Below, one piece after another: positions 25,901-36,100 of a stretch of DNA of 64,000 nt (position 1 is its first letter; every line of letters starts with the position of its first letter). Both the position numbers and the translations under genes were made by a program. The notes beneath the pieces are model-generated. The model made no database searches. It worked only from the letters and a program-made list of their open reading frames with translations, and was not told the DNA's origin. This DNA comes from Mytilus edulis (taxonomy: Eukaryota): the NCBI RefSeq assembly GCF_963676685.1, contig NC_092345.1, positions 107,570,001 through 107,634,000 of the forward strand, read 5' to 3'.

Positions 25901-28654
25901 TAGTTTTGAAAATATTTTTTTCCAGGAACAGACAAAATATAATTTATATCTGAAAGCATCAAATAAACATAACAGATTGATGAGTGAAGCACAGGAAGTC
26001 AAAGGTAAGATTTACTTTATAGGTGCTAGATTTATTATCAAATTTTTAAAATCATGGAAATTAACTACTGTAAGATATCTTCATTAAAGATTTTGATTGT
26101 TGATATGCATGGCAAACATGTTCATCCGGCAACGTCTTTGCAAGCCAAGGATGACAATCCAGTCCCCACCTCTCCACCCTTGATGATATAATAGAGAATT
26201 TAGGATATACATGGTAAGGGTTTTATGGATTACAGTTGTAACTGGCTGTGTCCTATCATAAAGCACCTTTGAGAAGATAACTTGTAAATGTAAAAACGTA
26301 AATAAACAAGTTCCATGTGCTGATTGTGCAACAAATCTTAATGACAAATTTTAAAGGTCTTAATCAATCTTATAGTAAGTGTACTGTAATGCCAGTTTTA
26401 CATGAGTGCTGGATGTAGTTTATGCCTTTACTTAATTTTTTGTTCTTGAACAGAATGCTGACCCAAATCTTGGAATGTCAACATACATTTTGAGTCCTGC
26501 TTTAGGAAATTTGTGAACACTATATAGACACAATTGTTTTTACACCTCCACACTGAAGAGATTTCAAGTGCTGCCATTTGTGAAGAATTGTGTAGTCAAC
26601 ATGGGAGTGACTTATGTCTGCCTTTAGAAGGCTCAGCATTGTAATAAAAAAATGTTGGCCTAATCAGCCAAGGGTGGAGAGGAGGGGACAGGATCGTAAT
26701 CCTTGCCTATCCAAGATGATCAGGCACATCAGGAAATTCTTAACGAATTTCAAAAATGACATTTAAATCCTGGAATGTATTGTTTGTATTTTTTGTTTGA
26801 TTATGATTTAAGGATTTACATATTTAGCTCAAATGAAATTAAATCTTGATGTCTTAGTCTATCCTACCTTTTTTATTACATTATGAAAGATAATTACTTA
26901 AAATTTGTTTTCCTCTGATAAATGTCTATCCTAGCCTAGGTGTAATGTATCTAGCTTCTAGATGGTATGTTAAAATTTAATTTTCTGATTTGGTCCATTA
27001 ACGACTTACAATATTATATTAAGAACACCTTGTAAGCATAGTGAAACATTCTGTTCCTACTTTTTCTGTGACAAATATATGTGTAATTTTTAATTTTTTT
27101 TAATTTTAGGTTGTGATCGACATTTACTAGGGCTATACCTGTTAGGAAGAGAACAAGGACTACCTGTTCCACAACTATTTACTGATCCTGCTTTTACTAA
27201 AAGGTATTTTGTAAGACTTCCATCTATATGACTGCATTTACATCTGTTACAGTTAACAGTATGCAAAAAAGGCAGACATTTCAAAGTTCTGTCTGTATTT
27301 GATTTTATACAATGAATGAGACTTCAATAACATCTAAAAAAAAAAAATGCTCTAAACATGCTAAATGTAGATGTAAACCAAGAATATTTTTGGTGTAAAG
27401 AGTATCTAAGTTTTACAAAAAAACAAAACAAAGAGATGTGATCGCAACATTTAAAGTGTACCTAGATTCAGTGGTGGCAGTGGTAACTTTGCCTTGTCTA
27501 CAAGCTTTGTAGGATACACAACAGTTTATGGTGGATTGGTTCTAATGCCTACATCTGTCTGTGTCCTCACTTATTTTTGTTTATTTTCAGTGGTGACAGT
27601 GGTAACTTTGCCTTGTCTACAAGCTTTGTAGGATACACAACAGTTTATGGTGGATTGGTTCTAATGCCTACATCTGTCTGTGTCCTCACTTATTTTTGTT
27701 TATTTTCAGTGGTGGCAGTGGTAACTTTGCCTTGTCTACAAGCTTTGTAGGATACACAACAGTTTATGGTAGAGTGGTTCTAATGCCTACATCTGTCTGT
27801 GTCCTCACTTATTTTTGTTCATTTTCAGTGGTGGGGGTGGTAACTTTACCTTGTCTACAAGTTTTGTAGGATATACAACAGTTTATGGTAAAATGGTTCT
27901 AATGCCTACATCTGTGTGTGTCCTCACTTATTTTATTTATTTTCAGTGGTGGCGGTGGTAACTTTGCCTTGTCTACAAGCTTTGTAGGATATACAACAGT
28001 TTATGGTGGAGTGGCTCCAATGGTGGAAAATGGTTATGGTTGTTTTTATCACATGGAACCCAAACAGTATGTATACATCAAGCTTAAGTGTTAATTCTAA
28101 GGTTATGGAAAGGATTGATATTGGTGGTGAATACCACTATATTATTTCATGGTACTCTGTTAATACTGAGTTTGTGAGTTCAAATCTATTCATGTGGCAG
28201 ATATGCTCAACTCCAATCTTTATTAACCATGATTGTTTGATTTGTTTTCCTGTCGAAGCCTGGAACTGTGGATTCCTCCACCAAAAAAACTTGAACGCCA
28301 CGAAATATCCAATAATGCTAAAAGTGGCTTAACATCAAACAATTAATCTTGTTTACTATATAGCATGTTTAAACTCAACTTCATTATTCCATTCTAGTTC
28401 TACATTTAATTACATATCTGATGATTATTTACAGAATAGCGGCATAAAATCCATCTGATTATATCATAGAAAGCATTCTAATACCAAATGAAATCACATA
28501 TCTGATGATTATTTACAGAATAGCTGCTGTTGTAACAACATGGAGAAGTTGTAAAGAAACAGATTCTGTTGTGTTTATGAATGAAGTTCACCAATGTTTA
28601 ACAGAGATGGGAAACATGATAGAAAAAGGCCAACAAACACATGCTAAATTATAA
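10859..28654 (+). CDS. CROT: Peroxisomal carnitine O-octanoyltransferase, whole spliced gene (15 coding exons, 620 aa)
   Basis: GT-AG exons with consistent phases: 10859-10988, 12980-13104, 13592-13773, 14527-14654, 15002-15207, 15476-15589, 19680-19781, 22901-22984 (or 22790-22873), 23929-24036, 24622-24752, 25260-25383, 25926-26004, 27110-27203, 27947-28066, 28519-28654; total 1863 nt. Motifs: LPPLPVPDL, NWLESWW, KWFDKSL, NCDHTPVDAM, TYETATIRRFYNGRTETMRS, GCDRHLLGL, SGGGGNFALSTS, C-terminal AKL. Confidence 0.93.
10930..11705 (+). repeat. 75-bp tandem repeat of the CROT exon-1 3' end plus donor site (~10 units)
   Basis: Donor GT recurs at 10989, 11064, 11139, 11214, 11289, 11364, 11439, 11514, 11593 and 11669. 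Confidence 0.92.
11912..12578. mobile_element. Non-autonomous element with 135-bp terminal hairpin and asymmetric inverted repeat
   Basis: Near-perfect hairpin 11912-12046; CTTTATCATATACTT (12048-62) is mirrored by AAGTATATGATAAAG (12564-78). Confidence 0.65.
12580..12825. repeat. ~51-bp minisatellite (~5 units)
   Basis: TTATCTGATGGGTTATTCCCCCTGCATGTATGTGATTTGAGTAGACAT repeated. Confidence 0.85.
12980..13104 (+). CDS. CROT: CROT coding exon 2
   Basis: (V)KPHVTPEQYRQTEFIVQQFASGVGKQLHKELLEKAKHSRNW; ttttcAG acceptor, GTATGT donor. Confidence 0.9.
13592..13773 (+). CDS. CROT: CROT coding exon 3
   Basis: LESWWDSAAYLEGRYPVAPHVNFGGPG..., within ORF 13568-13813. Confidence 0.9.
14135..14490. repeat. 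Degenerate ~55-bp minisatellite upstream of CROT exon 4
   Basis: Recurrent GAGTCAGGTGCTAGTGGTTGATGTA..TTCTGTATT. Confidence 0.7.
14527..14654 (+). CDS. CROT: CROT coding exon 4
   Basis: EKLRIDKDSKGNKMCMNQFLRAYSTCRIPGVHVDHLSFNFKT. Confidence 0.9.
15002..15207 (+). CDS. CROT: CROT coding exon 5
   Basis: SQGDTPRHAVLMYKERIFTF...GVGALTALERTPWAE, then GTAAGG. Confidence 0.9.
15476..15589 (+). CDS. CROT: CROT coding exon 6
   Basis: MRSRLMALHPENFHYLKTIETAICVVTLDDANPTSEVE, then GTAAGT. Confidence 0.88.
15677..18629. mobile_element. Non-autonomous DNA transposon with CAC..GTG termini, ~235-bp TIRs and 5-bp TSD (Transib/RAGL-like signature)
   Basis: ATATT|CACTGGTATTAAAGAGATAAT... and ...ATTATCTCTTTAATACCAGTG|ATATT; long near-perfect TIRs. 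Confidence 0.8.
16226..16570 (+). pseudogene. Non-LTR retrotransposon (LINE) reverse-transcriptase fragment
   Basis: ACFIDFRKAFDTINR...(frameshift near 16330)...GVKQGCILSPTLFSLYINDL...LLYADDLVLI. Confidence 0.88.
19680..19781 (+). CDS. CROT: CROT coding exon 7
   Basis: LFQKSLGGTPIDKWFDKSLNLIFFENGTAGSNCD, then GTAAGT. Confidence 0.9.
19790..20330. repeat. Low-complexity short-period repeat (GTATCCTACAT/GTATCCA..) starting just after the CROT exon-7 donor
   Basis: Many GTATCC/ACATGTAT units; these generate the spurious ORFs at 19731-20400. Confidence 0.85.
21021..22259. mobile_element. Non-autonomous DNA transposon with 14-bp TIRs
   Basis: CAGGGCCGTAACTA ... TAGTTACGGCCCTG, flanked by AATAT on both sides. 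Confidence 0.78.
22270..22693. mobile_element. Long-hairpin non-autonomous element (same architecture as 11912-12578)
   Basis: Hairpin AATATGATATTTATC..ACAGTTAAATTTT / AAAATTTAACTGT..GATAAATATCATATT; TTTCTCTAAT is mirrored by ATTAGAGAAA at the end. Confidence 0.55.
22790..22873 (+). CDS. CROT: CROT alternative catalytic exon 8a (candidate mutually exclusive)
   Basis: 84 nt, phase 0/0, HSPADGMVYIVFKSYVELLVCKTKGHWQ; tatttatAG acceptor and CAG|GTAATT donor. Confidence 0.65.
22901..22984 (+). CDS. CROT: CROT catalytic exon 8b
   Basis: 84 nt, HTPVDAMVLVASTYYNDLFIAKNKGKWQ; closer to the vertebrate CROT HAPFDAM motif; CAG|GTATGG donor. Confidence 0.88.
23345..23903. repeat. ~72-bp minisatellite, 8 units, ending ~25 nt before CROT exon 9
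   Basis: ACCTTCGACAGGCCTGAAACTGATAATTTACATTTTATAACCAGTGAGACTGATTGTTTGGTAGCAATGTTT units. Confidence 0.92.
23929..24036 (+). CDS. CROT: CROT coding exon 9
   Basis: GSTTKRDLQEPIQLIFHVDDVIRDNIIKAKIDHKQV, then GTAAGT. Confidence 0.88.
24452..24637 (+). repeat. 51-bp tandem duplication of the CROT exon-10 acceptor
   Basis: ttttAG|TCAGACA copies with AG ending at 24485, 24536 and 24587, before the true AG at 24621. Confidence 0.88.
24622..24752 (+). CDS. CROT: CROT coding exon 10
   Basis: SDNLQCNAKFYTKYGKTYLRRNKLHPDTHVQLALQYAYYKLHK. Confidence 0.9.
24688..25140 (+). repeat. ~79-bp tandem duplication of the CROT exon-10 3' end plus donor
   Basis: CACAAAAA|GTAAGT recurs at 24753, 24827, 24906, 24985 and 25058; the last copy has lost its GT. 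Confidence 0.9.
25260..25383 (+). CDS. CROT: CROT coding exon 11
   Basis: PGPTYETATIRRFYNGRTETMRSCTTEALEWSKSM. Confidence 0.92.
25926..26004 (+). CDS. CROT: CROT coding exon 12
   Basis: EQTKYNLYLKASNKHNRLMSEAQEVK(G). Confidence 0.87.
27110..27203 (+). CDS. CROT: CROT coding exon 13
   Basis: CDRHLLGLYLLGREQGLPVPQLFTDPAFTK. Confidence 0.9.
27465..28010 (+). repeat. 119-bp tandem duplication of the CROT exon-14 acceptor plus first ~65 nt of exon
   Basis: ttcAG|TGGTG..GGTAACTTT copies with AG ending at 27471, 27590, 27709 and 27828, before the true AG at 27946. Confidence 0.92.
27947..28066 (+). CDS. CROT: CROT coding exon 14
   Basis: GGGGNFALSTSFVGYTTVYGGVAPMVENGYGCFYHMEPK. Confidence 0.9.
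28519..28654 (+). CDS. CROT: CROT final coding exon with PTS1
   Basis: IAAVVTTWRSCKETDSVVFMNEVHQCLTEMGNMIEKGQQTHAKL-stop. Confidence 0.88.
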
Positions 28655-31084
28655 ATATTAGCTGGCTCGATACAGGTGTTGTGGATTCATTGTTCATAAT
28701 GTGTTGTGTCTTATCTGGCACTGCCTAAATAGTTATTATTATATGATAAACAGATTTATATAGAATAAATCCAATAAGCAGTCAACTTTAATTATCACAA
28801 ACTTGATGTTCCATACAATAATAATTTTAGATACTAGGAGTAAATATTAGACAAATCTTTCAATTTGGGCCAGACATCTTTCCAGGAAATAACAGGAATT
28901 TTTAAATAAAAGAATTGTGAGATAAGGACAGCAATTGCATGTTATTCTGTCAAACATAATTTGATATTTTGTATGAGGTATATGTGCCATAAATATCCTG
29001 TGAGGATAAGGGTTAACTATTTGCTGGTCCCCTTTCAAATCATATTTCAAAATCTGCACTTTTATATTACTTTTTTGTATCGCATTGCTACCATAGAAAT
29101 CGTTTGGAATCCATTCCTTAGATTGTTTATATAAAAGTAATATGTTGGTTGTTCCACAAACTGTTGAAATCAATTAACCATGCATAATTAAGAATTGATT
29201 AATTTGTTACTGTTTACTTAATATAAACTATCCAAAGTTCAAATGAAGTGGATGTAAGCAATTAATTTCTGCTGGGAAATGATAATTAATCATCCATAGT
29301 CATTCAATTGTTTGGTTTTTTTAAGATAAGAAATAACATTTGTGTTCCTTTAATTGATAAATGAATTTTCTGATTATTGGCAAGAGACAATATTGCTCAG
29401 GGTTATTTCATTAGTAAATTACCTCCGTTTGATGTTCTCTGTGTTTTTTGTCAAGTAATGATATTGTTGAGCATTTATTTAAGAAACTGTAATTTTTGTA
29501 TCTTCACATAGAAAGTATTTTTTTTTACTCTTCTCTAATACCAAAGTTATTTTGTATTTTTATGGCAAACAACATTCCATGTCTTTAAGAATTAAGTAAA
29601 TATAGTTTTAATGAGTGTACTTTTATTCAATATTTTTTATCAATTCAGTGATATGTATTTATTGTTTTAATTGAGAAAAGGGAGACTACCTTGTTTTGTA
29701 AGAAACAAAAGTAAAGCATATTTTATTATGACTCTTGTTGAATTCTGACTTATTTTGTGATTTTCATTCGTCATTTTTTTTGGGTTGTAATGTCATAAAA
29801 TTTGATAACTCTTTTGAAATAACTCATATTTGATTGCAGTATTTTTGTGCTGAAAATGCATTTCATTTTGGTATCAGGGGGTAAAAGTGGGGTAACATGC
29901 GTGGAAATAACCTAAATAAAGAATGAATTTCAAATTCTTCCATGAATGTTTCACGATAACAATTATGATAATTATTTGTGTCAGTTTTTAACTGATAGTC
30001 TTCTTTAATCATATTCCAGAAATAAAAAAGCATAATTAAGCAATAAATCAAAAATTGGTCTGGAAAATTATTTGTTTATTCTCCTGATTTTCTGATTTTC
30101 TTTAATATTTCCTAGAATTACTTTATTGCTATTTTGTGTATTTTCTCTTTGATAAGTTTTTTTTATTTTTGTTTTTCATATCATGCTAACGGCTTTAGAT
30201 AGAAAACTATCGCTAGAAACTAAAGGTGTAAATTCCATTTTCAATGTAAACATCACAACATTATGGAATAAATAGCAATAAACAGATTATCAATGGTCTT
30301 TCAGACGATGTTTCTAGGCCACATCTCATTTCAGGGCTGTCACCCTTCAATGAGATTGTAGCTGAGAAATACAATCTATGAATATTGCATAGAATAACTG
30401 ATATAACATGAATATCTAACTCAGTCTGGAAACCAGTGTATAAATGTTGGAAGCTCCAACATCAAAAGGGATTGTTTCAAAGTGAAAATCAATAAAAACT
30501 GTTGAAGCAAAGTCTTTGAATTGTTCCTTTTAAAATGTTGGTATAAAAGAGCAGCATTGGTAATCTAGCAATATGGTTGTTGAAATATAGTATGTAGACT
30601 TTGTAACAGCACCGATAGCAATAAGGTTGTTGACATATATTATGTAGACTCTGTAATGCTGTTCAAATTTATATTGAAATGATTGATTCAGCTTTAATAT
30701 TTTTTATTGGATTGTAAATGGCTGTATTTTGGTGCATTTAATGTGATTTATTGTATAATTTATATTCATTTAAACATAATGTTTTTTAGTTAGATATTTT
30801 ATAGCAACTGACAATGCAATTAATTTTATTATGTACAAATTCAAAATATTTTAAAATAAAATGATCAGCCCTTTGCTTTTTTTTAATTTAGATAAATTTT
30901 GGAAGGAAATATGATGAAAGTGAGATATAATTTTACTTTTCTCCCATAGTTGTCTAAATCGTCATCACAGAGTGTTTTTGGTCCATTACAGAATAGTGAT
31001 ACTTTCCAACCGGGATATCTCATTTGGTAGGAAGTAAGGAGGCCTATTTTCATACCTACACTCCTTAAAGAAGGGGTATGCTGG

Positions 31085-32170
31085 TTTTTGTCGAGCCTGC
31101 AACTTTTGTTGCAGAAAGCTCGACATAGGGATAGTGATCCGGCGGCGGCGGTGTTAGCTCACTTCTTAAAAGCTTTAAATTTCAGAAGGTGGAAGACCTG
31201 GATGCTTCATACTTTGTATATAGATGCTTCATGTTACGAAGTTTCCGTCAGTCACATTTCCAATGTCCTTGACCTCATTTTCATGGTTCAGTGACCACTT
31301 GAAAAAAAAGTTTAAATTTTTTGTAATGTTGAATTCTCTCTTATTATAAGTAATAGGATAACTATATTTGGTATGTGCGTACCTTGCAAGGTCCTCATGT
31401 CTGTCAGACAGTTTTCACTTGACCTCGACCTCATTTCATGGATCAGTGATCAAGGTTAAGTTTTAGTGGTCAAGTCCATATCTCAGATACTATAAGCAAT
31501 AGGGCTAGTATATTCGGTGTATGGAAGGACTGTGAGGTGTACATGTCCAACTGGCAGGTGTCATCTGACCTTGACCTCATTTTCATGGTTCAGTGGTTAT
31601 AGTTAAATTTTTGTGTTTTGGTCTGTTTTTCTCATACTATATGCAATAGGTCTACTATATTTGTTGTATGGAATGATGGTAAGGTGTACATGTCTAGCGG
31701 GCAGATGTCATGTGACCTTGACTTCATTTTCATGGTTCAGTGGTCAAAGTTAAGTTTTTGAGTTTTGGTCTTTTTATCTAATACTGTATGCCATAGGTCA
31801 ACTATATTTGGTGTATGGAAATATTTTATGATCTTTGTCAGTCTCGCAGGTTTTATTTGACCGTGACCTCATTTTCACGGTTCATTGCACAGTGTTAAGT
31901 TTTTGTGTTTTGGTCTATTTTTCTTAAACTATAAGTAATGGGTCAACTATATATGTTGTATAGAAGCATTGTTAGCTGTACATGTCTGCCTGGCATGGTT
32001 CATCTGACCTTGACCTCATTTTCAAGGTTCATTGGTCTTTGTTTAAGTATCTTGGTTAATGTTAAGTTTATGTGACAGTTGTAATAAAACTAAGCTTTAT
32101 ACTTGGGACTATCAACATAATATCAATGATTAGTATAGAAGGCGAGACATTTCAGCGTGTGCACTCTTGT
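31085..32170 (+). mobile_element. HINE-like element carrying internal tandem repeats
   Basis: TTTTTGTCGAGCCTGCAAC..GCAGAAAGCTCGACA hairpin start, (GGC)n, repeated TGACCTTGACCTCATTTTCATGGTTCAGTG blocks, CTCTTGTT end. A related start is present near 60855. Confidence 0.6.
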
Positions 32171-32647
32171 TCTATCTATCAATCAATGGGGATCTCGGTC
32201 CTTGACACATTTCTGTCACAATTTTCTCAACAACTACCAAACAATTTGACACATTTTCTATTTAACTCCTTCTGTGTTTTTCTTTCTATTTCTTAAATAC
32301 TGATATCTTTATAATATGAACCAAGATATGGTTAACCACTTTTATAATCCTGGTACCTTTGATAACTATTTACACCACTGGGTCGATGCCATTGCTGGTG
32401 GACGTTTCGTCCCCAAGGGTATCACCATCCCAGTAGTCAACACTTCGGTGTTGACATGAATATCATTAATGTGGTCATTTTATACAAACTTCCTGTTTAC
32501 AAAACTTTGAGTTTTTTAAAAAACTAAGGATTTTCTTATACCAGGCATAGATTACCTTAGCCGTATTTGGCACAACTTTTTGGAATTTTGGATCCTAATT
32601 GCTCTTCAACATTTAACTTGTTTGGCTTAATTAATATTTTGATATGA

Positions 32648-32691
32648 GCTTCACTGATGAGTCTTATGTAGACGAAACGCGCGTCTGGCGT
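32648..32691 (+). ncRNA. Type I hammerhead ribozyme (first of 11 copies), predicted cleavage after 32685
   Basis: Core CUGAUGA and GAAA; stem II GUCU/AGAC; minimal stem III with palindromic ACGCGCGU; GUC triplet; stem I GCUUCA/UGGCGU. Confidence 0.9.
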
Positions 32692-33085
32692 AATAAATTA
32701 TAATCCTGGTACCTTTGATAACTATTTACACCACTGGGTTGATGCCACTGCTGGTGGACGTTTCGTCCCCGAGGGTATCACCAGCCCAGTAGTCAACACT
32801 TCGGTGTTGACATGAATATCATTAATGTTGTCATTTTATACAAACTTCCTGTTTACAAAACTTTGAGTTTTTTTAAAAACTAAGGATTTTCTTATACCAG
32901 GCATAGATTACCTTAGCCGTATTTGGCACAACTTTTTGGAATTTTGGATCCTAATTGCTCTTCAACATTTTACTTGTTTGGCTTAATTGATATTTTGATA
33001 TGAGCTTCACTGATGAGTCTTATGTAGACGAAACGCGCGTCTGGCGTAATAAATTATAATCCTGGTACCTTTGATAACTATTTAC

Positions 33086-33149
33086 ACCACTGGGTCGATG
33101 CCACTGCTGGTGGACGTTTCGTCCCCGAGGGTATCACCAGCCCAGTAGT
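33086..33149 (-). ncRNA. Degenerate hammerhead-like motif on the antisense strand of each retrozyme unit (third unit shown)
   Basis: Reverse complement: ACUACUGGG CUGGUGA UACCCUCGGGGAC GAAA CGUCCACCAGCAGUGGCAUCGA CCCAGUGGU. Confidence 0.5.
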
Positions 33150-36100
33150 CAACACTTCGGTGTTGACATGAATATCATTAATGTGGTCATTTTATACAAA
33201 CTTCCTGTTTACAAAACTTTGAGTTTTTTTAAAAACTAAGGATTTTCTTATACCAGGCATAGATTACCTTAGCCGTATTTGGCACAACTTTTTGGAATTT
33301 TGGATCCTAATTGCTCTTCAACATTTTACTTGTTTGGCTTAATTGATATTTTGATATGAGCTTCACTGATGAGTCTTATGTAGACGAAACGCGCGTCTGG
33401 CGTAATAAATTATAATCCTGGTATCTTTGATAACTATTTACACCACTGGGTCGATGCCACTGCTGGTGGACGTTTCGTCCCCGAGGGTGTCACCAGCCCA
33501 GTAGTCAACACTTCGGTGTTGACATGAATATCATTAATGTGGTCATTTTATACAAACTTCCTGTTTACAAAACTTTGAGTTTTTTTAAAAACTAAGGATT
33601 TTCTTATACCAGGCATAGATTACCTTACCCGTATTTGGCACAACTTTTTGGAATTTTGGATCCTAATTGCTTTTCAACATTTTACTTGTTTGGCTTAATT
33701 AATATTTTGATATGAGCTTCACTGATGAGTCTTATGTAGACGAAACGCGCGTCTGGCGTAATAAATTATAATCCTGGTATCTTTGATAACTATTTACACC
33801 ACTGGGTCGATGCCACTGCTGGTGGACGTTTCGTCCCCGAGGGTATCACCAGCCCAGTAGTCAACACTTCGGTGTTGACATGAATATCATTAATGTTGTC
33901 ATTTTATACAAACTTCCTGTTTACAAAACTTTGAGTTTTTTTAAAAACTAAGGATTTTCTTATACCAGGCATAGATTACCTTAGCCGTATTTGGCACAAC
34001 TTTTTGGAATTTTGGATCCTAATTGCTCTTCAACATTTTACTTGTTTGGCTTAATTGATATTTTGATATGAGCTTCACTGATGAGTCTTATGTAGACGAA
34101 ACGCGCGTCTGGCGTAATAAATTATAATCCTGGTACCTTTGATAACTATTTACACCACTGGGTCGATGCCACTGCTGGTGGACGTTTCGTCCCCGAGGGT
34201 ATCACCAGCCCAGTAGTCAACACTTCGGTGTTGACATGAATATCATTAATGTGGTCATTTTATACAAACTTCCTGTTTACAAAACTTTGAGTTTTTTTAA
34301 AAACTAAGGATTTTCTTATACCAGGCATAGATTACCTTAGCCGTATTTGGCACAACTTTTTGGAATTTTGGATCCTAATTGCTCTTCAACATTTTACTTG
34401 TTTGGCTTAATTGATATTTTGATATGAGCTTCACTGATGAGTCTTATGTAGACGAAACGCGCGTCTGGCGTAATAAATTATAATCCTGGTATCTTTGATA
34501 ACTATTTACACCACTGGGTCGATGCCACTGCTGGTGGACGTTTCGTCCCCGAGGGTGTCACCAGCCCAGTAGTCAACACTTCGGTGTTGACATGAATATC
34601 ATTAATGTGGTCATTTTATACAAACTTCCTGTTTACAAAACTTTGAGTTTTTTTAAAAACTAAGGATTTTCTTATACCAGGCATAGATTACCTTACCCGT
34701 ATTTGGCACAACTTTTTGGAATTTTGGATCCTAATTGCTTTTCAACATTTTACTTGTTTGGCTTAATTAATATTTTGATATGAGCTTCACTGATGAGTCT
34801 TATGTAGACGAAACGCGCGTCTGGCGTAATAAATTATAATCCTGGTATCTTTGATAACTATTTACACCACTGGGTCGATGCCACTGCTGGTGGACGTTTC
34901 GTCCCCGAGGGTATCACCAGCCCAGTAGTCAACACTTCGGTGTTGACATGAATATCATTAATGTGGTCATTTTATACAAACTTCCTGTTTACAAAACTTT
35001 GAGTTTTTTTAAAAACTAAGGATTTTCTTATACCAGGCATAGATTACCTTAGCCGTATTTGGCACAACTTTTTGGAATTTTGGATCCTAATTGCTATTCA
35101 ACATTTTACTTGTTTGGCTTAATTGATATTTTGATATGAGCTTCACTGATGAGTCTTATGTAGACGAAACGCGCGTCTGGCGTAATAAATTATAATCCTG
35201 GTATCTTTGATAACTATTTACACCACTGGGTCGATGCCACTGCTGGTGGACGTTTCGTCCCCGAGGGTATCACCAGCCCAGTAGTCAACACTTCGGTGTT
35301 GACATGAATATCATTAATGTGGTCATTTTATACAAACATCCTGTTTACAAAACTTTGAGTTTTTTGAAAAACTAAGGATTTTCTTATACCAGGCATAGAT
35401 TACCTTAGCCGTATTTGGCACAACTTTTTGGAATTTTGGATCCTAATTGCTTTTCAACATTTTACTTGTTTGGCTTAATTAATATTTTGATATGAGCTTC
35501 ACTGATGAGTCTTATGTAGACGAAACGCGCGTCTGGCGTAATAAATTATAATCCTGGTACCTTTGATAACTATTTACACCACTGGGTCGATGCCACTGCT
35601 GGTGGACGTTTCGTCCCCGAGGGTATCACCATCCCAGTAGTCAACACTTCGGTGTTGACATGAATATCATTAATGTGGTCATTTTATACAAACTTCCTGT
35701 TTACAAAACTTTTGAGTTTTTTTAAAAACTAAGGATTTTCTTATACCAGGCATAGATTACCTTACCCGTATTTGGCACAACTTTTTGGAATTTTGGATCC
35801 TAATTGCTCTTCAACATTTTACTTGTTTGGCTTAATTGATATTTTGATATGAGCTTCACTGATGAGTCTTATGTAGACGAAACGCGCGTCTGGCGTAATA
35901 AATTATAATCCTGGTACCTTTGATAACTATTTACACCACTGGGTCGATGCCACTGCTGGTGGACGTTTCGTCCCCGAGGGTATCACCAGCCCAGTAGTCA
36001 ACACTTCGGTGTTGACATGAATATCATTAATGTGGTCATTTTATACAAACTTCCTGTTTACAAATCTTTGAGTTTTTTGAAAAACTAAGGATTTTCTTAT

